The notes below the pieces were generated by a model. It was not told where the DNA came from, made no database searches, and saw only the letters and a program-made list of their open reading frames with translations. 29,118 nt of DNA from a virus (lineage: Duplodnaviria > Caudoviricetes). This document shows positions 24,744 to 29,118 of the stretch, piece by piece. The stretch spans positions 1 through 29,118 of the IMG/VR virus record IMGVR_UViG_3300034102_003306; one strand, 5' to 3'. Both the position numbers and the translations under genes were made by a program. Numbering within the stretch: position 1 is the stretch's first letter; the number at the start of each line of letters is the position of its first letter.

Positions 24744-24762
24744 TTAGGTAAGGCTAACCTAA
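24744..24762. promoter_or_regulatory. IdeR/DtxR iron box (19/19 match)
   Basis: TTAGGTAAGGCTAACCTAA fits TWAGGTWAGSCTWACCTWA at every position. Confidence 0.8.
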
Positions 24763-24781
24763 CCGCGGGGCCTGTGCGCTA

Positions 24782-25121
24782 CCGGTGCCGACATAGCCGG
24801 TGCCGCCGTTGGCGGGTGCCGACATAGCCGGTGCCGCCGTAGCGGGTGCCGGGCGTGCTTGTACATCGCCGGTGCCGGTGCCGACATAGCCGGTGCCGCC
24901 GTTGGCGGGTGCCGACATAGCCGGTGCCGCCGTAGCGGGTGCCGGGCGTGCTTGTACATCGCCGGTGCCGGTGCCGACATAGCCGGTGCCGCCGTTGGCG
25001 GGTGCCGACATAGCCGGTGCCGCCGTAGCGGGTGCCGGGCGTGCTTGTACATCGCCGGTGCCGGTGCCGACATAGCCGGTGCCGGGCGTGCTTGTACATC
25101 GCCGGTGCCGCCGTTGGCGGG
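24782..25121 (+). repeat. 93-bp tandem repeat x3 plus a rearranged partial copy
   Basis: Units start at 24782, 24875 and 24968; each has six GGTGCC motifs. Confidence 0.9.
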
Positions 25122-25526
25122 CCGGTTGCTCTGTGTCGGTGCCGGGTGCATCGGCGCCGGGGCGGCCGGGGCCTGTGTTGCCCTGTGGCGGCCTAGCCGG
25201 TGCCGGTGCTTGTGGCTATGCCCGTCGGGGCCTTTGGTGCGTCTGTGACGCTCTGAGGGGCCTTAAACGGCGTTTACCCAGCACGCGTTAAGCGCTACCG
25301 GGTGCTGGTACACCGATACCCGGCGCGGGCTATGCCCGGCCGGTGTGCGGCTGTCGACACCCGCGGCGGCGAATTGCTACCGCGGGTGCCGTGTTCAGTT
25401 GTCATGTCTCCCCCCTTTCCTGTTGGGGGCTCTCTACTGTCCCGCCGGAATTGGCGGGGACATGGTGCGCGGCGGGGCGTTCGAAGTCCTACCCCCGGCA
25501 ACGGGTGCCGGGCGTCGCGCTAAATG

Positions 25527-25569
25527 AAAAACACCCGCCGGGGGCGTGATGCCTGTCCGGCGGGTGTTT
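25527..25569 (-). terminator. Intrinsic terminator of cassette 1
   Basis: AAACACCCGCCGG...CCGGCGGGTGTTT hairpin with a U-run on the minus strand. Confidence 0.75.
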
Positions 25570-25579
25570 CCATCCTTAC

Positions 25580-25894
25580 TTATGCGGCGGTGTGCTTGAG
25601 CGCGTAGCCGTCATCGTGCAATGACCGCGCGATGCCGTACGCGACGTGCCCGGCCTTGTCGTAGCCGCCACCACCCATGATCACCGCGTGCCGGTTCCGG
25701 CTGTAGCGGTATCCCAACGCGCGCGCGACGATCCGCGAGACATCCCACGGGGCCTGTCCGGGCTTGACCTGCAACACCCCGACGTAGGCGTTATCGCCGT
25801 TGTATCCCTTGTTGACGGTGACAACGGTAGACCCGGCCGGGAAAATGCGCGCCAGGTCCTCGCGGGCGTCGGCTTTGCTGTAGTTGTTTGCCAT
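25580..25894 (-). CDS. Hypothetical protein, cassette 1
   Basis: 104 aa; AAGGA SD; own promoter and terminator. Confidence 0.85.
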   Translation of the reverse strand: MANNYSKADAREDLARIFPAGSTVVTVNKGYNGDNAYVGVLQVKPGQAPWDVSRIVARALGYRYSRNRHAVIMGGGGYDKAGHVAYGIARSLHDDGYALKHTAA

Positions 25895-25945
25895 TTCGGT
25901 TTCGATCCTTTGAACGTGTCCCCGCGTTTCGGGGGCTGTGACTCA

Positions 25946-25974
25946 AAGATATACAGAGTTTCCCGAACGCGCAA
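25946..25974 (-). promoter_or_regulatory. SigA-type promoter, cassette 1
   Basis: TTGCGC-N17-TATCTT. Confidence 0.7.
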
Positions 25975-26000
25975 CGAATAACGCCTAAGAAGTTTCTGAG

Positions 26001-26037
26001 AAACAAAAAGAAACCCCGCCGGATCATTCCGGCGGGG
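26001..26037 (-). terminator. Intrinsic terminator of cassette 2
   Basis: CCCCGCCGGA-N4-TCCGGCGGGG followed by TTTCTTTTT on the minus strand. Confidence 0.85.
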
Positions 26038-26058
26038 CCTCTTGGCGGGTGTTGCGCG

Positions 26059-26859
26059 TTACGCGGCGTTAATGGCCTCTGCAACCTCTTTCGGCGTCAT
26101 AATCGCGGCTAAAGTGGCAACCAACCCCGCGCGGCCGGGCTTGCCGTTTTCGGCCTCTGCTAGCACCATGGCAAGCGCGCGCACGCGGTCCCGGCTCTCT
26201 GCGGCCTCTTTGGCGGCCTTGTCCGCGGCCTTGTCCGCGGCCTCTTTGGCGCGACGGGTACGCAATTCAACCTCGTATTCGACGGCGTCGCGGGCCTCAC
26301 CCCGCATGTATTCCTCATTGCCGTCAAGGCCGTAATAGCCGTGACAGGTGTCGACGGTTTCACCGTCCTCATTCTTGGCGAACCAAAAGAACACCTCACC
26401 GGCAGACCATGCCGTCCACTCACTCAGCATCCCCGCCGGGTCTCCGTTGCCGTCATCAAGTGCGCAAAGGGCAACCCCGTACACGTCCGCGGGCTCCGCG
26501 TCGGAATCAAGTGGGCGGTAATCCTCATCGAACAGCACCGCGCCAAACCCGGCCAGATTGAGCCACCGCAAAAACGCGGCCGGGCTGATAGTGCGCATCT
26601 CGTTCCACGTAAACTGATAATCCGTTGAGTAGTGGCGGTACTCATTACCGGTTAACAGTCGTTCCGACACGTTCAGCACGTGCCGCGGAATGTGGACGCA
26701 TGTGCAATCCGTGTGCACCTTGTCGCCCTTGGTGATAAGGGCAATACCGCACGCGTCCGGGGGGCTGTCGTAGCCGCGTTCATCCTCATACGCAATCCCG
26801 ATCTCGAACACCCCGAACGGCGTTTCGATTTCATGGCTTTCAGCGATTGTTCCGTTCAT
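26059..26859 (-). CDS. Acidic hypothetical protein, cassette 2 (266 aa)
   Basis: Start reassigned to ATG26859 (TAAGGA SD); the ORF-track N-terminal extension is the repeated regulatory block. Confidence 0.85.
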   Translation of the reverse strand: MNGTIAESHEIETPFGVFEIGIAYEDERGYDSPPDACGIALITKGDKVHTDCTCVHIPRHVLNVSERLLTGNEYRHYSTDYQFTWNEMRTISPAAFLRWLNLAGFGAVLFDEDYRPLDSDAEPADVYGVALCALDDGNGDPAGMLSEWTAWSAGEVFFWFAKNEDGETVDTCHGYYGLDGNEEYMRGEARDAVEYEVELRTRRAKEAADKAADKAAKEAAESRDRVRALAMVLAEAENGKPGRAGLVATLAAIMTPKEVAEAINAA

Positions 26860-26906
26860 TTCTCGATCCTTACTCTTTGTCCCTGCGTTTCGGGGACTGT
26901 GACTCA

Positions 26907-26935
26907 AAGATATACGAACACCGCCGAACCGGCAA
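26907..26935 (-). promoter_or_regulatory. SigA-type promoter, cassette 2
   Basis: TTGCCG-N17-TATCTT. Confidence 0.7.
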
Positions 26936-26961
26936 TCAATAACGCCTAAGAAGTTTCTGAG

Positions 26962-26998
26962 AAACAAAAAGAAACCCCGCCGGAATTGTCCGGCGGGG
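26962..26998 (-). terminator. Intrinsic terminator of cassette 3
   Basis: Same stem as 26014-26037 with a different loop and the same U-tract. Confidence 0.85.
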
Positions 26999-27018
26999 CC
27001 TCTTGTCGGGTGTCGGCG

Positions 27019-27372
27019 TTACGCGTCGATAAGCGCCAAAACACCATCAGCGGCGGCGTCGGGGGCCAATCCGTCGCGCTTGGCCTTGTCGATCATGGCA
27101 CGCTCTGCGGCGTCGAATTCGCTAAAGTGAATCCCGATAGCGTCGGCAACGGCGGCAAGATAATCGTTAACCGGGCAAAGGTCTGCCGCGTGATATGGGG
27201 CCGGGATGAATCCGGCGGCGTAGTTCACGTTATCCCACCTAACCCGGTATTCCGTCGGCGCGCCCGGCGTCGGGATGACGTTGATAACGGTGCCCGCCGT
27301 TCTGGTGTCAGGCTGTCCGAACGGGTGCACGATGTACCAGACGCGCGCGCCCGTCTTGAATTTGTTTGCCAT
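27019..27372 (-). CDS. Hypothetical protein with SH3-like N-terminus, cassette 3
   Basis: FKTGARVW...GTVINV...YRVRWD...ADL pattern; TAAGGA SD. Confidence 0.8.
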   Translation of the reverse strand: MANKFKTGARVWYIVHPFGQPDTRTAGTVINVIPTPGAPTEYRVRWDNVNYAAGFIPAPYHAADLCPVNDYLAAVADAIGIHFSEFDAAERAMIDKAKRDGLAPDAAADGVLALIDA

Positions 27373-27425
27373 GTCGTACCGATCCTTACTCTAAGTGTCC
27401 CCGCGTTTCGGGGCCTGTACTTAAA

Positions 27426-27454
27426 AGAATATACGAACGGCGACGAACGCGCAA
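27426..27454 (-). promoter_or_regulatory. SigA-type promoter, cassette 3
   Basis: TTGCGC-N17-TATTCT. Confidence 0.7.
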
Positions 27455-27490
27455 CCGATACCGCCAACCAATTCCCCCGGCGTCGAATAC

Positions 27491-27609
27491 CGGTGCCGCC
27501 GTTGGCGGGCCGGTGCCGGGTCTCATCGGTGCCGCCGTTGGCGGGCCGGTGCCGGGTCTCATCGGTGCCGACTCTCTCGACGCTCTCGACGCTCTCGACG
27601 CTCTCGACG
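27491..27609 (+). repeat. 36-bp tandem repeat x2 and 9-bp CTCTCGACG x4
   Basis: Units 27491-27526 and 27527-27562; 9-mers at 27574-27609; shares CGGTGCCGCCGTTGGCGGG with the 93-bp array. Confidence 0.85.
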
Positions 27610-27958
27610 GTGCCGCCGGTGCCGGTGCCGACACGCCCGCCAACACCTAGAACCGCGGGCCGGTGCCGGGGCCGGGTATCGTGTTCGACTGTCCGGCGGT
27701 GTCCGGCGTCGATAGCGTGAAACCGCCCTTAAGCAGGGCTTTTAGCCGCATCGGTGCCGCGTCGGGGGGCCTACACGACATACCCCTAGCGGGTATACCC
27801 GTAAAAAGTGCCTCTGACCAGGGGTTTTGCAGCTATACCCCTAGGGGGTACCCCCCACCCAACCGGTTGGTAGGCGCCGCTCACGGCATAGGCACGTACC
27901 CCCCCTGGTATTTTTCCACGAAGCCTCCTTCGTGATTTGAACCCCAAATCGAGGTCCC

Positions 27959-28861
27959 ATGTCCGGAGCCCGGCTTTTTGTGTCCCCGCTGCGCTATCCA
28001 GGCGGTAAAACGCACTTCACCCCCAAGTTTGTCCGGTGGTTGGGCGATCGTTCGTTCACGGCCATTGTGGAGCCGTTTTGTGGGGGAGCGTCGATGTCAT
28101 TCGGCCTGCTTAAGACAGGAATAGTCCAGCAGGCGCATATCAGTGACGCCGACCCGTATCTGATCAATTTCTGGACCGTGGCCGCCACGGAGCCGGAGAA
28201 ATTGATCGCCGACTTCATGTCCGAGCCGCTGTCGCGCGAACGCGCTGAATGGTGGCGATCCGTGGAGCCGGAAAGTCTGGACGACCAGACCCGAGCCCTA
28301 CAGGCCCTCTACATCAACCGATCCAGCTTCGGCGGCTCGTTCTTCATGTCGGGGATACGGTTCCGCGCCGACAACGATGAGCGGGTCGCGCGGGGAGAAG
28401 CCCGAGAGACACTGTCGGAACTCTTCCAGCGCGAAAAAGTTGCCGCCGGTATCCGGCAGGTCGCCGAGTGGCATGGCACCGGAAGATTGACCATCTCCCA
28501 CCGCGACTACACCTCTGCCGCGGCAGACGCCCCGGACGGGTCGCTGATCTACCTTGACCCGCCCTACGTCGTGAAGGGCTCGAAGCTCTATACCCACGTC
28601 TTCAACGACCAGGACCATAAACAACTGGCCGAGACCGTCTACGCGCTGTCCGAGACGCACAGCGTCGCTGTGTCCTATGACGACCACCCGCTGGTGCGCG
28701 ATCTGTACTCAGAGCCGCCGATGCTGTTCCACCACCCGTCGTGGAGCTATTGCATGACCCGCGGCGTGGGCCGCAACAGCGCCGAGCTACTCATCACCAA
28801 CTTCTCCGGCGGGTCGTTCGAAAAGCAACCGACCAGAAGGACATCCCGTGGCCGACACTGA
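27959..28861 (+). CDS. Dam-like DNA adenine methyltransferase (D12 class)
   Basis: LRYPGGK, EPFCGG, YLDPPY and SYDD motifs. Confidence 0.9.
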   Translation: MSGARLFVSPLRYPGGKTHFTPKFVRWLGDRSFTAIVEPFCGGASMSFGLLKTGIVQQAHISDADPYLINFWTVAATEPEKLIADFMSEPLSRERAEWWRSVEPESLDDQTRALQALYINRSSFGGSFFMSGIRFRADNDERVARGEARETLSELFQREKVAAGIRQVAEWHGTGRLTISHRDYTSAAADAPDGSLIYLDPPYVVKGSKLYTHVFNDQDHKQLAETVYALSETHSVAVSYDDHPLVRDLYSEPPMLFHHPSWSYCMTRGVGRNSAELLITNFSGGSFEKQPTRRTSRGRH

Positions 28862-29114
28862 GACACCCACACCGCCCGTGACGATCGGCGAGGCCGCCCG
28901 CAGCGGTGACCGCCGGGCCCTGCTGGTCGCCATGCGCGACCGGATCGCCTCCACCGTCGAGGACCCCTCATGTCCTCCGCGCGACCTCGCTGCCCTCACC
29001 CGGCGGCTCCAGGACGTCGCTAAGGAGATCGAGACCATCGACCAACAGTCCGCCGGTGAGCACTCCGTGGTCGCCGACACCGATGACGAACCATTCGACG
29101 CAGCGACTCTCTGA
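28848..29114 (+). CDS. Terminase small subunit (probable)
   Basis: GDRRALLVAMRDRIA...RDLAALTRRL helical pattern of actinophage TerS; located after the HNH/genome-end region. Confidence 0.7.
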   Translation: MADTETPTPPVTIGEAARSGDRRALLVAMRDRIASTVEDPSCPPRDLAALTRRLQDVAKEIETIDQQSAGEHSVVADTDDEPFDAATL

Positions 29115-29118
29115 GGTC

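Noticed and set aside
24782-25121. CRISPR array linked to the Cas4-like nuclease, or the repeat-derived ORFs at 24754-25291
   Set aside because: Units are identical tandem copies without unique spacers. Solo Cas4-like exonucleases are common phage recombination genes. The ORFs are repeat translations without SD support.
24782-27670. TraB clt-like 8-mer array recognised by the FtsK protein
   Set aside because: The ATPase ends right after its motor domain, with no visible gamma/wHTH recognition domain, and lies about 14 kb away.
27959-28861. Restriction-modification system
   Set aside because: No cognate restriction endonuclease is adjacent; the HNH gene is packaging-type and 3.4 kb away.

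Overview
About 29 kb of a high-GC temperate siphovirus of Mycobacteriales (mycobacteriophage/Gordonia-phage-like). It appears to be in free or circular form, because a tRNA-Lys-derived attP core has phage genes on both sides and the window reads through the probable genome-end region into terminase small subunit. Gene order: minor tail genes (DUF2744-like, collagen-repeat fibre, beta-propeller); C39-peptidase lysin and holin; RNase H-like exonuclease; FtsK-like ATPase with small membrane ORFs; attP and tyrosine integrase; a leftward replication/recombination operon (excise, resolvase, primase-helicase, NrdH, SSB-like, Cas4-like nuclease); an iteron/AT-rich control region; a displaced GH19 lysin; HNH; a repeat-flanked island of three promoter-gene-terminator cassettes; a Dam-like methylase; and TerS. 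Most notable: (1) an 80-nt tmRNA-like RNA gene with only the tRNA-like domain and no mRNA/tag domain (11443-11522); (2) host-regulator sites in phage DNA (two IdeR/DtxR iron boxes, LexA boxes, a PafBC-type promoter) with no obvious CI-type repressor in the window; (3) the modular cassette island. All calls were made by eye; no database searches were run.
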